From Camelus dromedarius (Eukaryota), in contig NC_087436.1 of assembly GCF_036321535.1 (NCBI RefSeq), positions 58,406,001 to 58,470,000 on the forward strand: a stretch of 64,000 nucleotides of DNA. Reading direction: 5' to 3'. Of the stretch, positions 46,391 through 60,790 are shown in pieces. The position numbers and the translations under genes are program-made. Position 1 is the first letter of the stretch; every line of letters begins with the position of its first letter. The notes under the pieces are model-generated. The model worked only from the letters and a program-made list of their open reading frames with translations. It did no database searches and was not told the origin of the DNA.

Positions 46391-47029
46391 TGGAAAATGT
46401 TTAGCATGTACAGTGATCTTTTACTTTTGTCTCTTGTTATCAGAATTTGATAACTTGTAAGGGAATCCTTCTCAAGATACTTCTATGCTATTGGCCCTTT
46501 TTTTCACCCTAGAACATATAAACTGTCCATAACAGAGCCTTTCTCACTGCTTCAGTCTTCCCTGTAGATCACATCTCAGCCCAGATTCGGGTGCCCTTCA
46601 GGTTCTGTCATGGGTCAGAGAGGCCAAAGAATTTAAACTATTGAAGTGAAGCAGAGAAGAGAAATAGATTCTTGTAACCTAGGGACTCTACAGCAGCCAC
46701 CCCTGAGGACCACCTGCCAGAAAATTTAGAGCTCAGGCAGCAGCCTCTCACAACTGAGGGAAAGTGAGAAGGGTGAAATACAAACTTTTACTAGAAAAAG
46801 GAAATCAAAAAAAAAAAAAAAAAAAAAAAGGTTTAGAGATGTGAGGAGCATCTGTGGCCCACTATGCAATATCACACCCCTGAAATTTTGAAGACAACTC
46901 CATCTTCAACATGACTTGGAAACCAAATCTGAGAAGATAGAATGTGAAAATGTGAAAACCCGTCTTTACTTCTAACAAACCACAGATGAGAAGATAAAAA
47001 GCCTCTAGATCTTGCCAGTATGCAATTAA

Positions 47030-47480
47030 GAAAATTTCATTCCAATATTTTAGGAAGTTTTTCTCTATTTTTCTTCATTGCCAAACTCCTAGAAGATATC
47101 ATGTATGCCAAATGCCTTCATTTTTCACACCCTCTTTTCCCTCCATTTCTTTTGCAATCTGGTAATATCCTCAACACTACTGAAATGGGTTCTCACTATC
47201 CTCAATGAAATTAAAACTAAGCTTCTTTCTATCCCAAATATTACTTGAAATCTCTATAGCTTTCACTCTGAAATGATCTCTTCCATCTTAGAATGCTCTT
47301 CTTCCTTAACTTTATAGTTTTGTCCATCTAAATTTACTCCTATTACATAATGTCTTAGTGCTACTTTACTTCAACACAAACTCTACTGCAGATGTTTTTC
47401 ATAGCTTAATCTGACATTTTATTTTCCATTCTCTCTATATATTCACTCTCTCAGACAAATTAAGCCTTCCATATCAGAAA
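47030..47480 (+). mobile_element. Decayed L2 fragment
   Basis: gccaaactcctagaa...ttgcaatctgg...actactgaaa...aatgctcttcttcctt. Confidence 0.55.
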
Positions 47481-49989
47481 GATATCAAAGATACTGTGAT
47501 TTCTCAATTTAGCTTTCAAGACTCTCCTTTATTTAGTACTTTAAGGAAATCATGCTTCCAAATTTCTCCTCATACAACTCTCATCATCAGATCCCAATCT
47601 AAAAATTATCCTGCTTTTGAAAAATACCCCTTGCTTTTTTATCACATACGTTCATGAAACAATTACAATCTAATCTTTCCTGTCTTTTTCTTTCTTAAAT
47701 ATCTTTAATGACTCTGATCAAAACAATAAAATCAATCTACCATAACTTGGTTGATCAAAAACAAAGGATAGGAGTTGAGAAAACTGAAGACCAGGCATAT
47801 GAAAATAGGGTCCAACATGACACAAGTATGTAGTAGAAGAACTAGAAGTGTATTGGATCATCAGGCTCTTGATGGCAATTCTATTTAGAGATTGAGAAGA
47901 AAATTTATACTGATCATTTAACTGAGTAACTACTGACAGTATCTCTACATTTATTATAACTTCTTTTTGTATATTAGTCCACTATAACAAACAAAACATT
48001 TTGCATAAGAGGAAGTGAAAAATGTCCCATGCATAGTTTTTATCCCATCAAAAACTATATTAGCTATAAATAGCTTAACAATATTCAAGGATCATGATGA
48101 CAAGCAAATTGCTTGATCAAATTATCTCAGCATTTATTGATGTGCTATAATGTCTCTGACATAAACTTCCCTAAATGATAATTTCCCAAATTGTTTTTTT
48201 TCACTCTGCCTATAAATTTGGAATGATTTTCTTTAGTAAGACTTTATACTTGTACAGAACTTTATACATTTCAAAGGACTTGAGAAGACCTGGAAGTCAG
48301 ATTCATGTGATATTTATTATTTTAGGATGGATTCTTTATTTTCTAAATTATTTCACTCCTTCCATTTTTCTGCCTCATAAAGCATGTCAGAACAGGTTTC
48401 CCCCTCACATTAACGAATATGTTATCTTTACTAAAATTATTACTAGCAGCATGGCACTTACCTAAGTAAACCTTTTCTATTTCATCAACAGCTTTTCTGC
48501 CATGGACAACCACTCTACTCAGTAGCAATCCTCATTTTCTGTTTTTAATTGTTTATCAATATATACTTAGCCCTGTAACTTTCACATGTTTTTTCTTGTT
48601 TAGAATAATGCTGTCGAATATGCTGTTGTTGAAATAGATACAGCCAACTCATTCAGTTCAAGATATCCTGACACCATGATTCCAAGATGGATAAAGAAGT
48701 TAATGATAAAGATTTTGGAAATTGCATCAGTAATAATAGATGTAAGGGGTTAATATGACTTATTCAATTAATAAATAAGTGAAGCAAATTAAAGCATTTT
48801 ATACAAATACCTATAGGTCACATTTGTATGTGGCTGAGGATTATAAAAGTATACAAATGCTAGAGGATTTATGTTTGAAGTTCTCTCCAAAAAAATGATA
48901 GAATCTTAGCCTAATCAAAAACCTTTGTTCATGATGTGTATAGCTCAAGGCTCTAGACCAACACTCCTCAGCTTTTAACTAGAAACTGTCCTTCCCTATG
49001 CTATCGAAGACAGTTAATACAGCCAGAAAAATTAACTTAAATCACATTATAAAATTCTTCATGTAGAAGAATTCTATGATGTATTGTTTTTTACACAGAT
49101 TGCCAGATGCAGATGTGTTCTGGGAACAAACATGGACCCTTCTTAGAGATTAAGCTACAAGTGGTAATCCTTATTCTTAGTTCCAAAAAGGGTGGGAATG
49201 TTTAAGAAAGGAGAAGTTTGACCTCTTAGCTTTGCTCTCTCCTTCCCCACCAAAGGAGAAGCGACTTATTTTTGATTTCAAAATAGAGAGTAGATCTGGT
49301 ACTGCCTGTCCCTCCCTCCCTCTCTCTCTCCCTTTCTCTCCCCTCCCCCAATTCTTTAAATTTTTTGAGCAAGTTTGCCACAAGTATACCCTGTGGTAAA
49401 ATCACTGGAGAAAACCTAATTGGGTGTAGAAGGGGAAATATTGGAGTTGTTCAGCTGCACTTGAGACATGCAGAGAAGTCTATATAATTTCAAGGTGAAA
49501 AATTAAGAAGCCTAGTATGCTCATTCTAAGCAATGTCCCATGTTTTCCAATCCAACTTTTATCAGTAATAAAGCAGATGCTGCCCTCCATTAGTCTGGGA
49601 CATTACTTGTTGCTCCCTCAATCCTTCAAACTCCCCCTGTGTTATTGTAGTACCACGCGTTATTTCCTTCAGACTCTTAAGCAGTCATCATTGCAGCTGA
49701 GCATTAGAATCTGATTCATTCCATTTTAAGAGAACTTCCTCTCATAGCAACCCCTACATTCGCCCATGGATTCAGGCTCTTCCTTCTTTTTGTCTATCAT
49801 TTATCCCACTGATTTCTCATCTGAATCTCTCTTACCTAGAGTTACACTATCGCCTTTTCAACTTCCTTTATTCATCATACTTTCTCTAATCACCATCATT
49901 TTACTATAACCACCATATCACATGTCACAAATTATTATTAAATTAATCCCTTTTTTTCTTCAGTCCCCACTTTTCTTGACTTTTCTTCT

Positions 49990-50722
49990 AATTTTAGTGT
50001 TGACACATATTCTTTTCTTTCCTCATAGGTTTCTGAGATACTAACACTATTTTCTTCTCTTTCTCCTTTGCCCATTCTGCGTCCTAGTATAGAACTATAT
50101 TCTCTCAAGCAGTCTCTGATCTTTTCAATATTTCATCAGATATCTAAACTTCCTCATACCAAAGTGCTGCTAACTCCAAGTATAAGTATATCCTTTCTTC
50201 TAAACTCCAGTTTTGAATCTTCTTTCATTTCATATGCACTTCTCACCTCAAAATCAACTCAACCAAAACTGAAAACCTCAAAACTGCCTACCTTTTAATT
50301 TTAATGTTCCTACTACCATTTGTTCTTTGTCTCAAAAGTGAAATCACAATAAGCTTTTCTTAACTCTTTTCTTCTATTACTTTCTATTTGAGAGAGAGCT
50401 AAACTTTATCTTTCTTAAAATGTGTTGCTCATAATTATGAAACCTTCTCCAACCCAATCAGCATCCTCCCAGTCCAAGTCTTCTCATTTCATGCCTGGAC
50501 TACTGCAGCAGTTTTCAACTTACAGACCCACCAATGTGTCATGTTTAAAACTGACTGATGTTATAAATGATGATGTTGTTTATATTTGTACTACTGTGTA
50601 CAATTTATAAACTTGTTTCCTGTACAGTACCAGTCCATTAATTTATCATGATCATCTATACTTATGCCTGTACATTTATGTATTCAATAAATGTTGCATG
50701 AATGAATGAATGAATGAATGAA
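49990..50722 (+). mobile_element. Decayed L2 pieces ending in a (TGAA)n tail
   Basis: atgcacttctcacctcaaa...ccaaaactgaa; atgcctggactactgcagca; tcaataaatgttgcatgaatgaatgaatgaatgaat. Confidence 0.65.
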
Positions 50723-50991
50723 TAAAAATGAATTTAATCCTCCCAAGTACTGACTTATACAATTTATCTGTCAAGGCAAGTACTGTTAGTTGCATTTTAT
50801 AGATGATAAGTTAGTTTTAGAGAAGTTCAATGGCAATGCTACAGGATATTAAGATACAGAATCCATCATAGATTCTATAATGTATGACAATGTTTTATAT
50901 CTCTTTACACACATAATACTTCCCATACTACATTTCAATTTTTAAATAAAGTTTATAGTATTAGTGCTGTGATACAGGTAATGGGATGGTG

Positions 50992-51025
<34 letters not shown>

Positions 51026-51086
51026 GTATATATACACATAGACATAGACACAGACACATAGATATAGATGATATAGATATAGATAC
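50992..51086. repeat. (TA)n(CA)n and (TAGA/TAGATA)-like low-complexity repeat
   Basis: Direct reading. Confidence 0.9.
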
Positions 51087-53169
51087 AATTGCCCTGCCCC
51101 TTGGGAATACTAAATTTTATTTCAAGACTCTCTGTTATATGTTGGATTACAAATAACACAGCTAATCACATAACCTCTCTGGATGTCATCATTCATAAAG
51201 ACAATACCATCTCCTTCCCAGTTCAAAGAGGAAGGAAAATCTGGTTTATCAAAGCTTCATTTTCAGTGATCACCATTTAACCGATTTGATGAGAAAGAAA
51301 CAATCAGCCAGGATCATAAAATTATTCTTTTTATTCCCTTAGTAAAGGTGACTGATTTTTGAATGAAGTTTTTATATTTTAAGACAAGTCTTTGGAAACT
51401 TAACTGCCTAATATTAAATTGCAAGCATTCTTATACTTCGTTCCATCAATCAGATTCTTTCCTTTCTATATGAATATTGCTTATGTTAAAATAAATTTAG
51501 TTCACATATTAAGAGCTTTTAATGTGAATGAAATGGAAAGATCTAAAGTGAGAACATTCAAGAGCACTGGGCTGTTTGAGTCTACGTGCTTCCAATCTTT
51601 CTTGATTTTGGCACCCTGCAGTATAACTGATTCTTCTTTTATTTCATCATAGTTACAGCAGATGAGAACTCTTTTTACTAGGTTCTTCTCAGTACTGTAA
51701 AGTGCCCTGAAGGTAAGAAGGTGCCCTCAATTAGGGAGGCTGAGAAAACAAGAATCCCAGAGCAAGCTCTTCACAGCCTCAGACAGAAAGTCCTAAATTG
51801 GTCTGAATATTTTTAGAATAAACAATCATAAATAATTATGAGTTACATTTATACTCATAGGAAAGTCAGATTACACTCAAGCTTTTTTTTTTTTTAAAGT
51901 GTTGCCTCTAAATCTATTCAACTCTCTAGTGAAGAGACTTTGTTAACATTTAATGGTAGGTGTCTAATGAACATCTGTGGAATGTGGACTTCAAAGAATG
52001 AGTTGACAGTTTTTAACATAAGATCATAAACTAAATATATGGTACAAAGTTCTTCCTTTTGTAAATGAGAATAATTATACTCTTCACAGATGTTCGTTAC
52101 ATATTTCATAAATACTGTAGAGACACAAAATATAATTTATGTGTTCACATTTAGAGTTTCCTGAACTTTGTCAAAAATTTAAAAATAGATTCCGAAGGTT
52201 TAAGTCTTGATTATAATCATGAAGAACAGAAAAGAAGCATTTTTGTATGCCATCCACCTTTTTGCACAGTAAAATCACAGTTTTATTTGGATACTGAATG
52301 TATGTCTATCGATGTCTTATTCTGGCAGTTCAAATAAAATATAAATTATAAGCTTTTTCACAGTAATTCATGGTGGTTCCATTAGGAAATTATCATTCAC
52401 AAAGTGTTTTACTTCAAGAGTTCTTTTCTTATATAGGTTATCTTTTAGTTTTCCCCTACAAAGAAACTAAAGGACAATAAAATAGCATATCTTATTAAGA
52501 GAATATTATTTGATTCCATTAGTATGTCTTCTGGAGTTTCTACAGTTCATATAGGTTACATGCAATGATATCAAACCATCTGTTAGGTATGAACATGACC
52601 ATTGGATTTTAAAGAAGAATCTTTCTATAGCTACAAAAGTATGCATGTATGTATTTTAGAAACAATTTATCTGTAACCTAAACTGTGAATTATCATCCTT
52701 CTGAAATTCAAGTCACATAAAGAATACTTTTAAAATGCTTAAATTCTAGCTTGTTCTTTTTATTTTTTCTCTCCAAGGTCTCAGGATAAAATGTATCTTC
52801 AAGTTGTTAAATTTGAACAGTCTTCAATCCCTTTCTCATTAAATGATATTAATTTCATCCAACTTTGGAAATCACAGAGTTCACAGAAGCTTCTAAGACA
52901 AGAAAGTTCCAGATTTTTGGAAGTGTGTGTGATGTGTGTGAATGTACACTCATCTAATGGGCAAAGAAAGACAAAAACGGAATTAGTCCAACTGGAGAGG
53001 AGAGGATTCGGTATGAATACAATGTGGTAATACAGTGTAGAAAATCCCAAGTTTTGACCATAGCCCAGGCTACATTAATGGTATGAATGATGCTTGGCAT
53101 TGCTGAGCCTGACTTTCTCATTTTTGAAAGGCAAGAATGTCTTTTAAAATTAAATGTGTAACATAGAAG

Positions 53170-54175
53170 TCTCGTTTAATAAAATTTTAAGTGCCTACAA
53201 TGAGCCAGATTATGTCTTAGATGCAAAAGCTATCTTAGTGACACAAATAAGCAGTCTCTCATTTTCCACACACAAAATTCTAATGGTACATGGTAAAGTA
53301 CAAATGTCATTACAATGCAGAATGCAATTGCTACAGTGAATGAAGTAGAATGTACTATAAGCACATATAGTATGGACACTTGTTTCAACCGAGGAGAAAG
53401 GAGATCTTTCTGTAAGAAGTGCTCACGAAGCAGAGAACTGAAGGATGACACTAGGCAAGATCAATGGTGCTGAGAGAAGTAAATTGACATAAGAGGCAGT
53501 TTCAACAGAACTTGACTGATGTTTAGTCAAGTGGGGTGGTCAGAGGCCGGAAGAGCTAATAAGCATGTCCAGTCTCCAAGCATGATCTCTCCATGGGGAG
53601 TAGGAAAGATAATAAATTGCAGGTTTGTTAGGAGAAGTCTTCTATGGAATTGGATACATTTATCTCAGCTAAAGGTGTCATTTTAGGAGCCTTCAGCAAA
53701 TACGGGGTCATAAAATCCATGGGAGTGTAGAAGATCACCCTGGAAATGCCTGATAAAATGAGAAGGAAGGAGAACCTATGAACCTCTGTCAGAACCCGAA
53801 GAGCACTAGCATTAGTAGGATGGGAAAAGGAGGAGGAGTATAAAAGAAGGCAGAAAGAGCAGCCAGGAAGGAAGGAGGAAATCAGAAGAGCATAGTGTTA
53901 TGGGAACTAAGGGAAGAATTTCCAGGTAACAGAAAGTAGAAAACATACCTTCTTCTTACAAACAATATTTTATATAACATATCAAGTATGGGAAGGACTG
54001 AAAAGCACTTATCTGATGTGGGAACCAGAAGTCTTCTGATAAGACTGATAAAAAGTAAGAGAAGAGTTGCATGACAAAGACAGGTTAATAAAGATACAGT
54101 AGTGAATGGACAGGACAGGAACACAGTGTACATGGACAGTTCTTTCCTGACATTTGGTTGTGAAAGGGAGAAAAA
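53170..54175 (-). mobile_element. L2 LINE fragments
   Basis: taataaaattttaagtgcctacaatgagccag (L2 end, reverse complement) and agaacttgactgat...ggagccttcagca...gagcagccaggaagg...ttggttgtgaaagggag. Confidence 0.7.
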
Positions 54176-56339
54176 AAGGGTTAAACCCTGTGTAATATGA
54201 AGAAGGCTTAAGTTTTACACAGTATAAAGGCACCTGATAAGAGTTAGCTCCCTTTTCTATCCCCATATAGAAGTAAGCTTATATTTTAGTAAGGTTTTCT
54301 CATTCCTCTACTGAGTGTGAAAAAAATATTTAAAAAAAATACCAGAATTGTATCAAGAGAAAGAATATACTGACAGTGAGAGTCATTATGTGACACAATA
54401 AGTCACCACAGGAATTCATAATACACTAGAGCTGGAAGAGGCTTCAGAGTTTAATTCTCTTCCCCAAGATTCAATACACAGCATGCAATACCAATAATTA
54501 TGGGGGGGGGGGGGTGTTGAATCTTTATCACTCCTCTATCCTCTTGTTTAATTATTAACTAAAAATTATAAGTATCAGTCCTCTCTGATCAAAACAAAAA
54601 CTAAACTTAAAAGTAACTTAACAACTAGTTAAGACACATTTGCAGATAAAAAAAGAACAGCTTCACTTAAATGTAGATACATTTATTTACATATTCCTGA
54701 CCTCTTAAAATATTTGTCCTGAATAAAATCAAATAATTATAATGAATATGAAAATTAAGTAATTATAATAAGATATAAGAAATAGGATGCTTACAAAGCA
54801 AGTAATGATTATTACAGCTAATTTCCTCCAATTACCAATGTGATTTCAAAAACCAATTTTACTGAATTGGATTTAATGTTTTAAATTTGTTTCCTGTATT
54901 TTTAAATTCTCAGATTCTAAAAACTACCCTATGTTCATTGAGTTCTTTAAAGTAACAATGGCAGTGAAACCACACCTGTCAGTGTATTATTCCATGTGAC
55001 TGAAAAAGATACTTTGAACACAATGTATGCAAAATAATTTTTAGATATTTTTCTGAAGTTTAAAATTGATGTGACATTTTCTCATTAAAGCTAATCTATT
55101 CTGGGTTACTTGATAAAGCTGCCTTTTTTGGAAGACCCAAAAATCTTTAGCCTCTTATCATCACCTATCATGATCTCCTTCCTACCTTCTCAAAATATGA
55201 GCTTCCTGGATTACCAAATACAATTACATTCAGGGAGACTGCCTGCTACAAGAGGACCACACTGCTAAGCCTGAGAGGACTACAGACGTAAATATAAGGA
55301 GGACATGGACCACATCCTTCATGAGGAGTATGCCCAACACAACATACGAAATTTTTATTTTACCTGAAAAGTACTGATTGTGTCCCTTCCAATATTTTTT
55401 TCCCTGCTTCTAAAAACTTACAGTGAACAGGTTAAAGTTCAGAGTGTTACATTATTCCAAATTGTCCTTCTGTTCACCTGTCCCATTCTGCATTTATCCA
55501 TTTTTATTTTATTTTATTTTAGCCTACTCTGCTCTCTAAAATTCAGGAGAATTCAGGTCTTGTAGGTTCTTTTTCTATCTAATTTTTTTTCTTCTTGTTT
55601 TCTTTATTCCATTTCACGATAGTAGACTAAGCCTTTTGTAATCCACTTCCCTAAAATTCATTTTTAACCATATCATGCTAATTTTCTCCTTTCCTTTTTT
55701 AGAATTCTGAGTATGTCATTATGCAATTATTTCCACTGAAGTTTTCATTCATTATTATATTCTCAATTAATTCCTTCCTACCTGTGAGATCAAATTACGT
55801 GTGAGAAAAAAAAGATGTTACAAACTGTGAATGCATCAGGTATACTGGCATATAATGAAAGCACTGAACTAGGCCAGAAAAGGAAATAAGTTCCCCTTCA
55901 GAGGCTTTAATTATTACACCAAATAACAATAAAATTAAGTGCTTTATTTTCTAGTTTTGATTTTTAAAAAAACTTAACTACTTCTCAGGGCTCTTTTTTT
56001 TTTTTTTTTTTTGCTTCATTACTTTGTTAGTATAAAAACTGAAAATTTCACAAAGTCATCTACTTTCCAAGCAAACTTCTCTTCATTACTTTGCTAAACT
56101 GTTAGAATTCTAAAACATTTCAAATGTCACTGAACTAAATTTTTTTTCAATTGTTCAAAATGTTTTAAACAACTAACAGTCAAATGAAAACAAAACATAT
56201 TATAAAATAGGTTTAGTGTATATTTTCAGTACAATACCTGAGCTGTACATACAAATATTCAATTCTAAAACTATTATAATTCTTTGTCTGAAGGTATTAT
56301 GTTCCGTAAGGTAGATCACTTTATTATTGCTAAATAATA

Positions 56340-56545
56340 TTATAAACAATAAGTATCATTGATTAAAAGCTTATTATGTGCCAGACTTCACTGAGGGATA
56401 CCTATCTATATGTATCTCTATACATATTTTATATATACAGTGAATATATATGTGTATATTTAAATAATAATAATCTGCATATAGTATTGTTTTCATTTTA
56501 CACCATGAAATTGAAGCTCACACAGCTTATTGTAACAATTACCTA
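56340..56545 (-). mobile_element. MIR SINE fragment with TA expansion
   Basis: gcttattatgtgccag...cattttacaccatgaaattgaagctca. Confidence 0.6.
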
Positions 56546-59199
56546 AAATGAGACAGACTATGAAAAAGTCCAAATGTTTAGATACCAAAGAAGTTGGTTC
56601 AAACTTATACTCTTTGATTTCTGAGGCAGCAACTCTCATAGAACAGTAGATTAAGGCTTAGAAGACTTCGGTTCTAGGTCTGTCTTGGGTACTTAGCTCC
56701 CAGCTAAATCTCATACCTAAGAGACCCAGAGACAATCCTGAACTTAGTGCAGGAGGAATCTAACAAACAATTTAGACAAACCTTTCGAGATTTAGCTCTA
56801 AGAATCCTGGTTGAAGGCTTTCACACTGTACTGCAGTTCTGAAAATTGGTTATATAAAATGTTCTCAAAGTTAAGTCTTTCTTGAACACATTGGTATTCA
56901 CTACTCATTATTTTCCTTTTCAGGCAAGACATTCAATAATGATAAGGCCTAGGCATCAAAAGCCAATCTTTTCAAACTCAAGTTTGTATCTACTGGTAGT
57001 TTAAACTCTATTTCAGTTTAGGAAATGCACAAGGGGTCATCTCAGTTCTTCACTATTTTTTTCAATCCGGTATTATGTTTGATTATGAAGAATACACATG
57101 AACACACACATACACACATTCTTTAACATGATTCTAAACATAAGAAAGCCTTCCTTTTTAAGTACCTACACATGGTTAAATAATTTTTTTACGGAAATCA
57201 TGATAATGTCATAATACCAGACTGCACAACTATTTTTATGGGTAGTTGCTTCTTTCTCCATGACACAAAGGTTTATCTGAGCACACGTAATAATGAGGGA
57301 AAAGTCTCAAAATGAAAGGTCACTTAAAAGGTCAAATTCATGAAGCAGACAATATCCATCTTTTCATTTGAATGTCACTTTTTCTTAACTGTTTTTTAAA
57401 AGTGTCACTGATAGTAAGTTATCATTTACATAAATGTATGAGTCAAGGGAGAAGTCATCTTCTTACTTAGTGTGTATAGAGTCAGATCAACTAGGTTAAC
57501 AGCTTTAATAAATGTGATAGACATAAAAGAAGGATATGGTCCTTCCCTCCCTGAAAAAGTAGGTTATGATGGGAAAGCTAGTCCTTTGCATATCTGAAGC
57601 TTTAAAAAAAAAAAAGAAATCGTGTAAAACAGCAACATTTTAAAAGTTTGGTCAGTGGAAGAACATCTTTAGAGATGGTCCTAGAATAAAATGGTATTGA
57701 GGAAAAATAAATTTGTAAACACGTTAGTAACACTTCCCATTCAGAGAGTTATGTTTTATGTTAGCATATAGTAAATACTCTTGAGAGTTTCTGGAGAACC
57801 TTAAGACTTTGGAAGAGGAAGATTCTGATCAAGTTTATTATACATATATTATAGTACAGAACCAAGTGAATCAGAAATTTACTTTACCCATGGCACAAAA
57901 AGAAAAAAATAGCATTATATTCCAAATAATACACTGACAGTATTCTAAAGATTCTCAAGTTCCACAGAAAAGAAAATATCAGAAAATTAAAAGACGACAA
58001 AGAATAGAACAGTTTACTACATTAACATGTCAGGTAATAGGAAATAATAGTATGATTTACACTTACATAAATGTTATGTTTGCATTTTACATAAAGAATA
58101 AAATATATACATTTAAATCATATACAAATTTCATAATTGAATCTGTTAATAAATGGAGATATGAGGAATAATCCAAGAGATTCCATTTCAACCATCAAAA
58201 ATACTTTGATAAGCATTCTTCACATTTGTGATTATAATGTTATACCTTTTAAGTTCTGCAACTTGAACTCATCTGCTTCACATCAGCTACTTTAAAGTAT
58301 GCCAATTCAAGTATGGGTAAATACACAGATAACTTTTTGTATTGTGCATGCCAAAATCTAAAAGCAAGCTCTAAAGAAAAATCAACCTGAAGTTTTAAAT
58401 TTAACCTGAATTCACAGGACCTGTATTCTAAAGCAGTATGCTAATTTCATTCTACTCTTAGATGTGACCTTGGGCAAGAGAAAACTAGAATAAGAAGAAT
58501 TATCTTGCTTAGAATAGCTTTGCTACGATATTGATAGGCAGTTATCCGTGGGGACCTGGAGTAGAAAGCCACTTTTTTTTTTAACTGTGCTGTGTTAGAG
58601 TTCCAGAGACAGTCCTCATTTCCTCTGCTGTATGTAGCTACCACACACTGTTTTCACTTGCTTTAGCTGACACAGCAGCTTGTAAAAAAGGTTTTCATTT
58701 CATTCTTTTTTTCAGTTTGACTACACGGGTGTAAGTTGAAGCTAAAAGTCAGTTTTACATGCAGCAGTCACATCCGCTCAAGTACTCAGGTAAGTGACTT
58801 GTGTGTAGGCGGCTGCACGAGCCAGCCATTTCAAATCAAAGCAACTGGCTTCCCAAATGCAGTAAGCTGAAAGCTAATTTGAAGTATGACATTCAGGATG
58901 TATTTCTCGGGTACCACAAAAATGTAATAGAAGTCCAAATGTAGCAGCAACATGACTGGGCTTTGCACCTGATAAATGGACTCTATGTCCTAGAAAAAGA
59001 GAATGTGACATGATTTAAATGAAATTATATTGCTCAAATCCAGTAGAATTTTACCAAGGTCTCTATTACGTGTAAGTTAGGAGAACTATATATTTATTTT
59101 CACAAATAGTACGCAACAAATTAGGCTAACAGGTCAAAGGTTTGATGACTTAAAGTGAACGGAAGATAGATGACTTAATATAGTTTGTCATGCCACTGA

Positions 59200-59280
59200 T
59201 TTCTTTGACCTTTGTCAGGTCATTTTACCTCTTCAGGTCCTACTTTCTCCTCTGTAAAATGAAGAGATTGAACTGTATCA
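59200..59280 (+). mobile_element. MIR core fragment
   Basis: tgacctttgtcaggtcattttacctct...ttctcctctgtaaaatgaagagattgaact. Confidence 0.65.
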
Positions 59281-60629
59281 TTGTTTCCTCAATAGGTTAA
59301 AACGGAGTTCACAAATAACGTAACCACCTATACACTTGACTTCAACAAAATCAATATAATGTATTGACTACACTATAAATGAAACACAAAGTTTTTCATG
59401 ATAAAATGATTTATATTTGAATATAAATGTTCTGGCTCAATTGTACAGAAGACAGAGCTGAAGTTCTCAGATGTATACCCCTATAGAGGATCAAGCTGAA
59501 TGACAGAGCAGTAAATGAAACTGATTTGAGGTGTCGTACAACTCAAATATCACAAACACCATTTCCCTCAATAAATAGATTTTCTAAACTGGTTATTAAG
59601 GAAAATTCAGTCTTTTATCAGTTTACATGGTAGTGGTATTCTTGAAAAATCATTATGTTTTAAAACCACGTAAAAATTAAATTTCCTTTTATGGAAAATG
59701 GACATAGGTCCAAGTTCAGATAACTATATATAAATAGGGCAATACTTTCCTGTGAGAAACTTTCCTGAGAATGACACATATTTAGCATCCTGCTAAATAA
59801 ATTGATTCTGCCTGCTAAGCATGAGTAGAAGCCACTATTGTGCAATCTCCTTCAAAAAAAAAAAAGTCTAGATTTTGTAGTGATTGTTAATTTCCTCTGT
59901 GTAAACTCCCACCATGGCCTATTTCAAGCTACCAGCATGTTAATGCATAGGGAGTAGGAATCAGCACTTGAGATAGATGATTCTCACACCACTGGTAAAA
60001 CCCTTTAGTCACTGTGTTAGCCAACAATACTACAAATATCCAAAATGATAAAGTGATTTGTTGAGTTTTACTGCCATTTCTATGATAAAACCAGAAAGCA
60101 AAGAATTTTATTATTGCCTTTATTTTGACCCTATGTATCATTTTTTCCTATTATATCTCTATTATGTACATATATGAAATGTTCTCCTACACTAAGAATA
60201 TTAGAGAAGGAGTTACTTTTGAATATAATCTATTTAACAAGAATATCCCAATCCCAAGGTAATCCATTCATTAATTCATTTAGCATTTATTGAGCATACC
60301 AGGTTCTGAACTTGGTTTTGGAAAAAGCAACCTAATTGCTCTCAAGAGTTGTATAAGTTATTACAAACATAAAAATACTTAAAAAAACAAAAGTATTTGA
60401 TGGAGTGAATAAAACAGATAAGTGATTAGAAAGTTAAGTTTTATTCAGGCTAATATAACTGGACTATTCCAAAAACAAATAAAATATTTAAAAGTTAATT
60501 CTTACCGTTTGTGCATCTGGGGGCTATCTAATTGTCATGGAACTTAGTGCTCCCTGTATGAAACTGGCTTATATTAAGGAATACTATGTGCATTAGAAAG
60601 AAAACAATGGACCTTCTTATTCACTAAAC

Positions 60630-60790
60630 TGTTTACTCAGCTCTGCTACCTTACCAGCAGTATATCCTTGGGCAATTTCTTCACCGGAAAAATGAAGATT
60701 ATGATCCTCTTTGTGCTAGGTTTTCGAAGATTAGAAGTAACATAGCATTGTGTTTGGCATGCAGGAGCATTATTAGCAAAATTATATTAT
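60630..60790 (+). mobile_element. MIR SINE fragment
   Basis: cagctctgctaccttaccagc...ccttgggcaa...aaaatgaagat. Confidence 0.65.

Noticed and set aside
46560..46860. Possible old ERVL-type LTR fragment or exon
   Set aside because: Mildly GC-rich, but I cannot identify termini, family or splice structure with confidence.
48450..48480. Recursive splice site (minus-strand TAG|GTAAGT) in the long GRID2 intron
   Set aside because: There is no upstream polypyrimidine tract. The other AG|GT sites I checked (about 17170, 40095, 56540) were weak or inside old repeats.
54502..54514. G13 tract as a G-quadruplex element
   Set aside because: An isolated homopolymer, too short for a canonical three-tier intramolecular G4, with no supporting context.
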